A stretch of 62,831 bases of DNA, filler included, from Vannella sp. (Eukaryota): NCBI GenBank assembly GCA_023345925.1. It is 6 parts of 6 records of this genome, joined end to end, with 100 filler letters (N's around TTAATTAATTAA, not from the genome) between each part and the next. Parts side by side here need not be neighbours in the genome. Positions count along the whole stretch, not along the records: positions 1 to 23,758 come from JAJQQN010000850.1; positions 23,859 to 29,413 come from JAJQQN010000901.1; 4 more parts are not named here. One strand, 5' to 3'. Below the pieces are notes generated by a model. That model was not told where the DNA came from, made no database searches, and saw only the letters and a program-made list of their open reading frames with translations. Shown here one piece after another: positions 13,864 through 24,125 of this stretch. Position 1 is the stretch's first letter; every line of letters starts with the position of its first letter. The translations under genes were made by a program, and so were the position numbers.

Positions 13864-16751
13864 TCAAGAGCGTTGTACTCTCTCCAAATGCTGCATCCAG
13901 TCCTCAAGCTCTGAACTGGTGTCCGCGTAGATGAGGAAAGTGCGGTCGGAAGTACTGATGCTAAGACACAGATCTTTCCCGCATTCCTTCTTTGGGACTA
14001 GCTCGATTGAGGTGTTCTTCACTGGAATAGTTCCCGCTGGCTTTCCATCCTGGAACATACTTAGCAGTGAGTCTAAAGGTGATTGGGGGAAGGGAACGCA
14101 CTGTGCGTGAACGATAGTATTGGAGATTGACGGCGGTCAGGACGAAGAACCGTTTCTTCCAGTTTTTGCGCACTTTGCCTTGTTTCGTCAGGAATCCCTC
14201 TTTGATAGCTCGGCCCTGACCCAGAATCAATCACGGAGGGAATGTACATGTGGTTGGCTTACTCCACTGAGTTGGCGGATTTGGTCGACGATGGCGGTGA
14301 CCCACTCCTTTGCTTCTTGTTCTGAAGTGGCCTTGAGGAAGAACGTGCGTTCTGGAGTGACTAATTCGAAGCTAAATCGTTCTTCAGAAATTTCGTTCAC
14401 ATCACATCCTCTCAGTTTGATTTCTCCGACTGGTTCAGAGTCCTGGGAAGTAAACGTGAGTCACTCGTAGTTTCCAGTAACCAACTAATATTGGCCCTAC
14501 AGTTTTGGATTTGAAATAGGAGAGCGTGGAGTATCCAAGAATCCAATAACGCTCTTTCCAGTTCTTGACGACGGCCCCCTTCTTTGTTAGCAGGCCTTGT
14601 TTGATTCCCCCAGTTGGCAAACGAGAGACAGTCTTAGCCACTACTTAGCAATCAGGAAGCATCTGGAGTGGTTATAGCTACCTTGGCAAGTTTCTTTTGA
14701 GTGACAATGGACGTTTGAATCTGTCGCACATGCTTGCCCTTCATCTTTTGGACTTTGTGGACTTCCAGATTGGGAGAGGAGGATGGGGATACTACTTTGA
14801 ACTTTTGTATCCTCTCGTCAATAGACTATCCTTCCGTTAGACTAAAAGAAAGGAAGAAAAGGAGAACAAACCGTCCTGGAAGCAAAGATTAGTACTATCA
14901 GAAAGACGGTTTCAACTCACTTGGATGCTTGAGTATCTCGATTCTTTGTTGTCTGGGTTTCTCGTTTCTTTGCTGTTTGAGTTTCGCGCTTCTTGTCTGA
15001 TTCTGAGATGACATCAGGGACAATGACAATGGCCTGAAGCATTTGGAACTCCTCTCCAGAAAGGAGAGGCTTCTCTGGGTTCTTGAAGAAAGCGTTCGAG
15101 TCTTTTTTGATTGCAAGTTGACTCTTATCAAAGTGACTTGCCCGCTGGCCACTGGGAGTGTGAGAATCTGCCAGAGTCTTGGCTATATGGTCTACCAGCA
15201 GCCCAACCCATTTGTTCTTCTCCTCTGGGGAGGCCGCTGAAAACACGTATTTGGTAGAGCTAGCAGGGCAGTAAAGAGCAAAGAGATTCTGCTGGTCCTC
15301 TTCCTCAGGCAAGTCAGCCACCCAACAGTCAATCAAAGAGACTTTGCCCTTCCATTTAGGCTTCTTTTTGCCGCTTGCAAAGACGACATAGTCACTTAGC
15401 AAGATAAGGAGAACCTTCTCGTTCTTCTTTGGAGCAATTGCGCGGAGTTTCACTTCCTCCACAAACTTTCTCCAGGGCTCCATCAGAACTTCAAAGTCCT
15501 CTCCAAAACGGAAGCAGTAAGAGAACATGACGTTATCTACTTGAGCGTGGGCACTATTGACGTGCCCAGCAACCTCTTTCACCATGTCCATTGCGTTTTG
15601 TAAGCCAGAAAAGTCCTTGGCAGAGGGATTAGTGAACTTAATGATCGTCTGGAGGGTTTGTGAGCATTTCGGTATGCTGATAGTTGAATGGACTTGCCTC
15701 AAGAAGGAGAATGTAGCGGGGAATCCGCTGGATGGGCATGATTAGAAGAGAGTCCAGACTTTGGCCATGTTCCAAATGGGCCTTCTAAACGACTATTCAG
15801 TCAACTAGGAACGTATCTTGGAGTGGAGGGCTCTTCCGTACGGTGCAATAATCGTCAAACTTGGGATATTGTTCGTACAAGTCACCTAGATGATTGAAAT
15901 CCACTTGGTTTCGATAAGAAGCGTACATCTTCATGAATGGGAGCTACTTCCACGTTACTATCCGCCTTTCTTATGGCCAGGAAGGTTCACTAACCAGTTG
16001 TGTGAAGACGTCACTTATACAAAGCTCCCCGGGACTCTCTCCTGAGGCTTCCCAGGACTTGAATCGGTCTTCCAAACCCACGAGAAGCTGGCAACTGATC
16101 TTATTCATGACTGACACGTTGTCAAAGATGTACAGCTGAGTGTCCCTCACAGTTAGAATGGGAAGGGAGCCAGAAGGAGTGATTGTAGTGAAAGGGGGAG
16201 CGCTTACTTGGTCTGCAGGGATGAGTTGTGATTGAGTGAGTGGCTGGATGAAGTGCTAGCGGCCAGTTAGAGGTTAAGAAGGCCTATCTTCGAGAAGGGG
16301 AGTGCGAGCATACCTCCACAAGGCTTGTTAGAGACTTAGAGTAGGTGCGTTCAGTATCAACAAGCTCTCTTATGACCAAGATACGGTTCTTGTCTGCGTC
16401 AGGGTTCCCAGCCGAGAGGGAAGTTGATTCCGGCTCTTTGGTAGTCCCCACCACGCCTCCCAGGTCTGGAAGACCAGGAGGGCTTCTCCTTGGTGTGCCT
16501 CGAGGTGTCGTATTACCAACTCTCCCGCTAGTGACAGGCGAAGTGGGCGTGGCACGCACAGGAGCGGATGGCAAGTCTCGCCCTCTTCCAACAGGCGAAG
16601 CTCCTCGTACCGGTTCTCCTCTCCCCCGTGACGGAGCACCTCGCCCCTGTCCACCTCCAGGAGCTTCTCCTCGCCCTCTAGGTCCACCACGGCCTCGAAA
16701 GGACAGCGGAGAACGCACCGGAGCGCTCCCAAACTGATGTGGCGTCGACAT
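13864..16751 (-). CDS. RhoGEF, DH-PH plus two extra C-terminal PH domains, many short introns (alternative start at 16811)
   Basis: VIRELVDTERTY and spliced SLLIMPIQRIPRYILLL DH motifs. PH domains with KQGLLTKKG..NWKERY and KEGFLTKQG..NWKKRF. RG-rich N-terminus. Confidence 0.85.
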
Positions 16752-16850
16752 GCGCGCCCTACCGCCCTCTAGCAATGAGCCATAGTAGATGCTCATTAAT
16801 GCCTGAGCCATGAAGCGGGTCCTCCGGAGGATTCAAGGAAGCATTTGGTG

Positions 16851-19694
16851 ATGTCCCGGAGGGGGACTTTGTCCTCTTTGGAGGCCTCCCTGCGCTTGTC
16901 CTTTGGTCGGAAGGGCGTTTTGAATGGTTTGGAGGAGAAGCAACGAGTGGAGTTAGAAGCTGTCTTACAGAGAGTGGCTAAGAATGAGCCTGTTCGCTCG
17001 TTAAGGCTTCCTGCGCTTCCTGCGGCGATGTTAATGCCGCTTTTACTCGATGCTTTGGAGACGAACAGGTCTCTAACGAGTATCGACATCTCTGAGTGTA
17101 TCGGTGTACATGCTGAGCATGTTTGCAAGCTACTGGCAGTGCTCTGTAGTGCTGGGACAACTTCGCTTCGTTATCTTGACATCACGTAAGCTCCTTCCTT
17201 CTCCTTCTCTCTGGTGGGTATAAAGGTACTTACAAAGGAGACTAGAGACGTACAATTGGATGCCCAGGCCATCACAGAGCTCTACAAGTACGTCAGAGAA
17301 CATCTTCATGTCCTTGATGTGAAGTTTTCGGGCCCTTTCAATGACCCTAGTGCGATTGTCGAAGAGAGAGACTGTCGCAATAGTCGTAAGATAGCCTCCT
17401 ATCTTCAAATCAACCAGGGAATGTACCAAGTGAGTCGAGTCCTCTCCCGAGGAGATTGTTTAACTGGTAGCAGTTCCTACGCGGGGAAACGGGCAACTTC
17501 AAGTGTACAGGAAGAAGGATAGTCGTTGCTCAAGGTCTCATCATGTCAGAGTGGACATCCCGCATCACTATCTTGGACTTGACGGGAAACCATCTATTTC
17601 ACTTGACAGACTACCTTCAGGGGATGACAGAGCTCACTGAGCTACTTCTGGCTAACAACCAGCTTATGAAAATACCCCGTTGGATTGGAAGACTGAAGCG
17701 GTTGAGGGTGCTGGACATGACAAGGAATAGCGTTCGAGCCATTCCGGACGCTATCTACGGGCTGAAGGAGCTCCGCACCTTGAATGTCACTTGCAACAGT
17801 ATCTCTCATTTACCACTATTTATTGGGCGTATGCCTGCTATGCGGGTGCTCAGCGTGAAGGCAAACCCCATTAATAATCTTCCAAGAGACCTTGTAGAAG
17901 GTGCTGACCTCGGCAATTCCCGTCTTCTTCGCTTCCTATCTGTTCAGTTGGATTTATTGGCTCTTGAGTTACTTGCAGAAGACAGACAGGAGGCTCCCTC
18001 CCACTTTCTGGACTATCTGAATTCTACCAAGATGTTGTTTGAGGAGGAACTCTCAGAGATGGCCCATTTAACCAACGCTCTATTTGTCCAAGATACTTTG
18101 GCTGTTCGAAGACGAGCCAGAGAAATCCTGCAAGGGGCTGAGGGTGAGGAACTGTGCTCCCCGATGGATCCTGATTTACCTGTGCGGGAGCTCCTGTGCA
18201 CATTACTGGAGCCTCAATGCCCTATCCCCTATAAGCTTGTGACAAAAATAGGTGACTTTATTTGGGTTGCAAGTGGCAATATCTTCTACGTTTGGGATGC
18301 ACGAGTAAGATTTTCCACCTTCCCTTATCACTCACTAACTAGCTACTACTACCTAGACACTGGATTATGGATGGCCATTGGAAGTCCACAAGGATAATAT
18401 CACAGTATTGATTGAGGTTCAGGTTGATGCTGTGGAGGCTTGGAGTGCAGACTCTTCCGGGAACATTAATGTCTATGACTTGAGGGTGAGCCCTCCCTCA
18501 TCGAATCAGACTTCCCCTAACAATGGAGAGTAGAAGAAAAAGAGCATGTTATTCAAGGTATTCGATTCTGGTATCGACTGTATGGTGTTTGTCCCTTCTT
18601 CGGATGAAGTATGGGCCGCGTCAGGCGCGGCAATCAATCGGTTATCCACCAGAGTAAGTCACTCATTGGCAACTTCTCAACCTGACACCAGTTTTCAGAC
18701 GAAGGGAAGTCTTTTGCGGCCAATTATTGAGGGCTCTGAGGTAAGAGATATGGAAACCGTTTACAGAGACATTTGGGTGGCTTGCCAATCGGGGAGGATA
18801 ACCGTTTATCGTGACGATGGAACCTTCTTACGAACTTTCTGGGCTCATGAGAGCCCGATTCTGAAGATGGTCCCGCTGGGAGACTATGTCTGGAGCATAA
18901 GCACTGCAGATTGCAAAGTTTGGAAGCTCCAAACAGCAGGATTCGAGCGCTATATGGTCTCTTGCAGTCACATTTTCTCAAGCCAGGAAGTAAATCTTCC
19001 TCTCATAGCCTCCACTGAGAGCTTCTTCACTATCTCACAACAGAATACTCCATTGAAGGAGTCCTTTATTACAGTTAACGAGTGGACACCTTCAGGCATG
19101 TTGAAGAGTAGATTGGCTTCCCATCATCCTATCAGTGAGAAAGTGACCGGGCTCGCCTTTGTGTTATCTCCGGACCGTCTTTGGAGCGTTGGAATGGAAG
19201 GCCGAGTTTGCTGTTTCGAGTTGAAGCGGGGAAAGAAGACGATTGAAAGAATGGCCCACCAACTCAGTCTAGGAGTCATTCGCATTCCGGAAGATGTTGA
19301 AAAGCTCAGGAAGGAAGCCGAAGTTTCGGAGGAAGAGGAAGGCGATTCTTGTGACCCCTATGAAGATACCTCGACAGTGGGCTCTGAAAGTGACGGAGAC
19401 GAATTCCAGGATGAGTTTGGTACTTCAGGCCCCGTCACCATTTCAGGGGGAGTGGAACTCCGCCATCCCATTGGCGGTCCAAAGTTGTCCGCCATTCCTT
19501 TGGAGATTCAAAGTTCTATTGCCACTCCGGTCCTGCTCCCCCCATTAGACGAGGCCCCTGCAGCGATGGCAGGCAACCAAAGTTCAAAGCCTATTCCAGT
19601 GCAAGGAGTGAAGAATCCCAGTGAGAGGGAGCTCCCAAACAGTCCAATCAGCCAGAAACAATGGGAGCTTCTCTCACAATCTTTCCTCGTGTGA
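16851..19694 (+). CDS. LRR plus beta-propeller (WD40-like) protein, about 4-5 introns
   Basis: RNI-like segment, about 5 typical LRRs, then repeated IWVA/VWAA/VWSI strands and an acidic tail. Intron 1 at 17186-17245. Confidence 0.7.
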
Positions 19695-19724
19695 ACGGAA
19701 GCGACTAAATGACTTGGACATGGT

Positions 19725-22361
19725 TTATTGTCTTCCCATTTGCTCTCTAAGCTCCTTAGATGCTTGTTCTAAAGTACTAATGATGTTGAGGTGCTCTTCC
19801 AAGTCATCTTGGGGAACGGAATCAATCAGGCCCTTCATTTTCAGGATGTGAGCATCCATGAGAGCCAGAGTTTGCGCCTCATTCTCTAAGATAAACTCGT
19901 CTTCTTGCTCAGCAGCACAAGTAGGATCCGTGGATGCTACACGAGCGACAACAGTCCGTGTGGCTTCTTGAGAAATTGCATGGCTCACACGACGGCGACA
20001 TTGAACGGTGCGTTCTTGGATCTCTTTGACCCATTCATTCTTCTCATCAGCAGTGCGACCGAAGATGACATATTTTTTCTTCTTTTGGTCGATGCGGACC
20101 AGTTCAAAGGCATGTTGCGTCGCATCTGTATCCTTGAGGGGGCGAATCAGAACTCTGTCCAAAAGGATTTTGCCCTTGAATTGGATCTTTCCTGGGCGCA
20201 GCAAACTGCGAGTTCCGTAAAGGATAAGGTCATCAAAGAGGATGAAGTGCCTCTCTTGAGTGTGGCCATTGGAGATCTTGAAGAGAGGGCCTTCCATTAC
20301 TAAGTTCCGATTGGGAGAGAGTAAACGGAATCCTCTAGGCAGACCTTCCACAGTTTCAGCGATTTCACACATTCGCTCAAAGTCCTTCTTTCGTTCGTTC
20401 ACACCCAAAGTCGATTCTTGGATGCACTGAAGTGTTTCTTGGAGTTTTGGCATATCAGGGTGATCTTCTGAGGTACAGCGGATCAGTTCTCGCATCAGAA
20501 GGGGGTATTTGCACATGCGCTGGATTGGGACAATGAGGAAAGAGTTCAAATGGACGGTAACCAAGTCACGTTGCGGGAATTCAGGCACTTCTGAGTATAG
20601 AAGACTACTGAAGTTCTTTCTTCCGGAGCACAAATCAACAGTTTGATGCTGTTTGGGCTGATTATCTGCATAGGCGGAGTATATCTTCAACTGGTTCGCT
20701 AAACCAAGCATAATATCTCCAATAGAAGCAGTCCAGCAGCTTTCGTCCCCAATATCCAGCAGACGAGCATCTAAAGTGGTTGCAATGCCTTGGTGAAGAG
20801 AGAACAGCTCCTCCACATTTGCGAATAAAGCTTGCGCTTCGGACTCATTGATGACCTTATTCTCCAACAAGACTATTTGCGCTCGAATGAGGAGTTGTAG
20901 AGTGCTGAGATAGCTTCTTTCAGTGTTTAGGATCTCCAGCAGAACGTTCATCCGTTGGATTTGAGTCTTATCCACTAATGGGGCCAGCCGCGCTTGGTCT
21001 TTCTCCTTGCGCCTTTGGTCCTTCAGGCTCACAATGCGGTGATGCTGAGCTCTCCGTTCCTCCACAATCGCGTCTTTTTCGTCCTTTTCCACTCGAGAGG
21101 AAATTCCCGCTGTCTTCCTGCGGATCCTCTTTGATCCTGATGCTTTTCGGTCCCTCACAGCGGGAGAAAGAGGCTTTGGTGTTGAAGTCGAACTCCTATT
21201 TGGGCTCTTAGTTGAGCTGGTGGCCTTGGTAATATTTGGGCTTGCAGTGGGGGAGCTTGATTGGGCGGAAGGAGTTTTGGGCGCTATTTCACTTCGCCGC
21301 TTGAGTTCGAATTCGGCATTGCGATAGAGTACCAGCAGCGCCAAGTACTTATCAACTGGAACGAATTTAGTTCCTGGAGCAACACTCCAGTCATCATTGA
21401 CAAGAAGGTCAGTCCCTTGAGTCACTTGTTCGGCCCTCTCCAAGGCGGAGGATGGTTCTGATCGAATTTCTGAGTTCTCTTCGAGGTCAGTTGACGCTAC
21501 CAAGGGTCCCTCTTCCAGTTGAGTGTCCATTGTTTCCATCTTTTCCAATTCGAGGACCAAACGGTTCAAGCGTCCGGTCATTTGGGGCTTTGAATAGTCC
21601 CCCTCTTCTTCCTCTTCGTCCCCTGACTCGTCATAGATATCGTCGTCATCTTCCTCTTCCCTTTCCCGGTCGTTCCCTTCTTCTGGTTGGCGTGTTGGGA
21701 GTGGCTGAGTACTGCGGAGCCCTTTGGAGGTTGAAGCCTCATCAGTTTCTCGTAACACGTTCAATGAAGGCACTTGGGTGGAGCTAGTGGAAGGGGAGGT
21801 GACCCTTTGAGCGTCTTTTGGCGAAGATGAAGTGACAGGCACAGACGAGCGCCTCTCAACAGCACTTTGTTGGAACACGCCTTGAGAGGGATGGAAGAAG
21901 TCAACAAAAGCGGGAGTAAAGCCAAGCTTGGTGAAGTGGGTGGCAACTTCTCGCAGACAGGCGGCGGTCTCTCCCAAGTTCCGCTTGCCATAGAGGTCCA
22001 ATCCAACAAACAACGAAGGTGTCTTCCACCGTGTGCAAGCCTGAAGGAACAGCTCGATGTTCTTCAAGCAAGCGGCCGCTGAGCGAGGCGCAGGGTTGTA
22101 CTTGATCGTCTGAGAGGGCTCCAGTAAGATGGCAAGCTTACAAAGAAGAACCCCTGATACAAGTGCATGATGAAGACTCTCAGTACGCGAAGCATCAAGC
22201 TCCTCGGAGTACTCCTCGTTCAAAGAGGACGTAATCAGGAGGAGATCCTCCTCTTCAGGGAACACTGCGCTCAGCCACCTTGCCACCTCACCCTTTCGAA
22301 CAAACTGCCAGCAACTCTGCATCTGTGTCCGAGTTTGAGTCACAGTGCGGGTCTTACGCAT
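19725..22361 (-). CDS. RhoGEF with calponin-homology, DH and PH domains (intronless)
   Basis: ALVSGVLLCKLA..NIELFLQAC (CH), EILNTERSY and FLIVPIQRMCKYPLLMRELI (DH), ERHFILFDDLILY (PH). Confidence 0.93.
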   Translation of the reverse strand: MRKTRTVTQTRTQMQSCWQFVRKGEVARWLSAVFPEEEDLLLITSSLNEEYSEELDASRTESLHHALVSGVLLCKLAILLEPSQTIKYNPAPRSAAACLKNIELFLQACTRWKTPSLFVGLDLYGKRNLGETAACLREVATHFTKLGFTPAFVDFFHPSQGVFQQSAVERRSSVPVTSSSPKDAQRVTSPSTSSTQVPSLNVLRETDEASTSKGLRSTQPLPTRQPEEGNDREREEEDDDDIYDESGDEEEEEGDYSKPQMTGRLNRLVLELEKMETMDTQLEEGPLVASTDLEENSEIRSEPSSALERAEQVTQGTDLLVNDDWSVAPGTKFVPVDKYLALLVLYRNAEFELKRRSEIAPKTPSAQSSSPTASPNITKATSSTKSPNRSSTSTPKPLSPAVRDRKASGSKRIRRKTAGISSRVEKDEKDAIVEERRAQHHRIVSLKDQRRKEKDQARLAPLVDKTQIQRMNVLLEILNTERSYLSTLQLLIRAQIVLLENKVINESEAQALFANVEELFSLHQGIATTLDARLLDIGDESCWTASIGDIMLGLANQLKIYSAYADNQPKQHQTVDLCSGRKNFSSLLYSEVPEFPQRDLVTVHLNSFLIVPIQRMCKYPLLMRELIRCTSEDHPDMPKLQETLQCIQESTLGVNERKKDFERMCEIAETVEGLPRGFRLLSPNRNLVMEGPLFKISNGHTQERHFILFDDLILYGTRSLLRPGKIQFKGKILLDRVLIRPLKDTDATQHAFELVRIDQKKKKYVIFGRTADEKNEWVKEIQERTVQCRRRVSHAISQEATRTVVARVASTDPTCAAEQEDEFILENEAQTLALMDAHILKMKGLIDSVPQDDLEEHLNIISTLEQASKELREQMGRQ

Positions 22362-22396
22362 CAGCCCAAAAAGGAATGAAAAAACGCCCTAGGTCC

Positions 22397-22435
22397 GATT
22401 GGTCAAAAGGCTTGTCATGAGGGTTTAGGGTTTAG
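22397..22435. promoter_or_regulatory. CCAAT box plus (AGGGTTT)2-AG telo-box upstream of the RhoGEF gene
   Basis: GATTGG at 22397-22402 and AGGGTTTAGGGTTTAG at 22420-22435, about 35-75 bp from ATG 22361(-). Confidence 0.55.
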
Positions 22436-22548
22436 CAAATGATTTGTTAAGGTGTGCGGCATAGTATGAGCCATCTTGAATTTATAAGCAACCATTTTTC
22501 GCAAGGCTTGAAGCACAGGTGTGGGCACGGGTCACTGAGGTTCCCTTC

Positions 22549-23619
22549 TTATGGATTGATGAAAGTGAATCTGCTGGCCTCTCCCTCCTCTATTGATGAT
22601 ACAAAGGCCTTTCCTTCTGAGCCCTGCTGTTGGAGTACGACAACACACCCGTTGTTCAAACTCATTCCAATGGCAAAGAAGGCGGAGTTGCCTCCAATCA
22701 GAACGTCACTTCGCCACAGAATGTCCAAAGTCTCTTCCACAGTGAGTTCTAAAAGCATCTCTGCCGTCGGATTCATCTCAACGAAAGAGCGAAATACATC
22801 TGGTTCTCCTTCAGAAAGAAAGAAGATGCGGACGGCACGGTCATGCACCTCTTTGGCAAACTGAGAGGCTAATTCGCCTGCTCTGTGGAGTGGAATGCCC
22901 TGTCGTATGTCTGGATGTTCGACAGAGCCAGTTGCTGTATCTCCCCAACGGAAATGAACAGCGACCCAGAACTCTGTTGGAGGACGGGGTAGAACTCCCA
23001 CAGCAGCTCTGGATTCTCTAAAACGGTGTCTCATGAGCGAATTGTACGTGCAATAGTTCAATGTTGGATTGTAATCTTGTGGGAACATAAAGACAGTGCG
23101 ATTTGTGATCCCCATGAAGGAGAGATCCGCTCCAGAGAGGACCAAAGAACAGAGGGAAAAGGTACTCAAGTTGACGGACTCTTCCCACTTGATGAAGTCA
23201 AAGCGGGGATCCTGTGATTCGTAGAACGACATCATATCTGTTCTATTGCAAAGGGGGTCGCTCATACCAAAGAAGGGCTCAACTCGACGTCGATCAATGT
23301 AGCCGTGAGACTCCAGTTCCGAAACCCAGGTTCCGTTCAGGGTTGCAGCCAGGATCATTGACTTCTTTCGGTACTGCATTGAAGCGCCCATACCTTCTCC
23401 CCATGATTCGAACGTATCCCAAAAGTAAGGCCCGTTCGAGCACCTCAAGGAGCCCATCCCATGCGGAGGAGAAAGGTCCGTCCGATCATCCTCGACACTC
23501 AAGAGCATGGCCAAGCTATTCCCTAGCACAAAAAGGAGTACCCATGTAGCTGCAAGGGAAAGAAGGACCCGCGTGGTTGGGCTCCACATGTCCAGTCCTG
23601 GGAGACAACAAAATGACAC
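22549..23619 (-). CDS. Type II membrane GT-B glycosyltransferase, fucosyltransferase-like (GT11/GT23/NodZ superfamily)
   Basis: N-terminal TM helix. VAVHFRWGD, FFLSEG and DILWRSDVLIGGNSAF match the three conserved motifs of alpha-1,2/alpha-1,6/O-fucosyltransferases. Confidence 0.65.
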   Translation of the reverse strand: MSFCCLPGLDMWSPTTRVLLSLAATWVLLFVLGNSLAMLLSVEDDRTDLSPPHGMGSLRCSNGPYFWDTFESWGEGMGASMQYRKKSMILAATLNGTWVSELESHGYIDRRRVEPFFGMSDPLCNRTDMMSFYESQDPRFDFIKWEESVNLSTFSLCSLVLSGADLSFMGITNRTVFMFPQDYNPTLNYCTYNSLMRHRFRESRAAVGVLPRPPTEFWVAVHFRWGDTATGSVEHPDIRQGIPLHRAGELASQFAKEVHDRAVRIFFLSEGEPDVFRSFVEMNPTAEMLLELTVEETLDILWRSDVLIGGNSAFFAIGMSLNNGCVVVLQQQGSEGKAFVSSIEEGEASRFTFINP

Positions 23620-23758
23620 ATGTCACGCGGACTTACCAAAAATGGAACTCTGTTCCTTGAATGAAAAGTGACCTGAGACTCTTCGTCAGCGAAACAAGGC
23701 AGGTGACATGAAAAGGATCTCCAAACGCTCAGCAAACATGAATGCTAACCTCTCCACC

Positions 23759-23858
23759 NNNNNNNNNNNNNNNNNNNNNNNNNNNNNNNNNNNNNNNNNN
23801 NNTTAATTAATTAANNNNNNNNNNNNNNNNNNNNNNNNNNNNNNNNNNNNNNNNNNNN
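23759..23858. other. Artificial contig-joining linker (N-TTAATTAATTAA-N)
   Basis: 100-bp N spacer with an all-frame-stop core, identical at five places. Confidence 0.98.
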
Positions 23859-23897
23859 TGAAGGGGAAGAGGGGGTTTCACTCACACACGCAGCTTG

Positions 23898-23959
23898 CCC
23901 TGATGACCTCCATCTCTTCAAGATAAGCTTTTGGACTGATTTCATTTTTTTCACTTTTT
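23898..23959 (+). repeat. Dispersed ~60-nt non-coding element, copy A
   Basis: CCCTGATGACCTCCAT-N8-GATAAGCTTTTGGRCTGATTTCATTTTTTTCACTTTTT, shared with 62656-62718(-). Confidence 0.8.
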
Positions 23960-24125
23960 CGATGTTTTTGAGGAACCAAACAAGGGGAAATAAATGCCCT
24001 CGCCGCTCATGACTTGCCCCTCATTAGGCTGGTCGGATCATGTATGGTCGGCCACTCCTAATAAAGGCTCGCAGATCTTGTGACATTCTATTTACATGGA
24101 ACAGTAATGAAGACGGGAGGTCCCT

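Noticed and set aside
16809..16812. Two divergent genes apparently sharing one CATG
   Set aside because: The plus-strand ATG at 16810 stops after 13 codons. The LRR gene starts at 16851.
9311..19694. Fragmented ORFs suggesting pseudogenes, frameshifting or stop-codon reassignment
   Set aside because: The breaks examined are resolved by short spliceosomal introns. TAA, TAG and TGA all terminate conserved genes.
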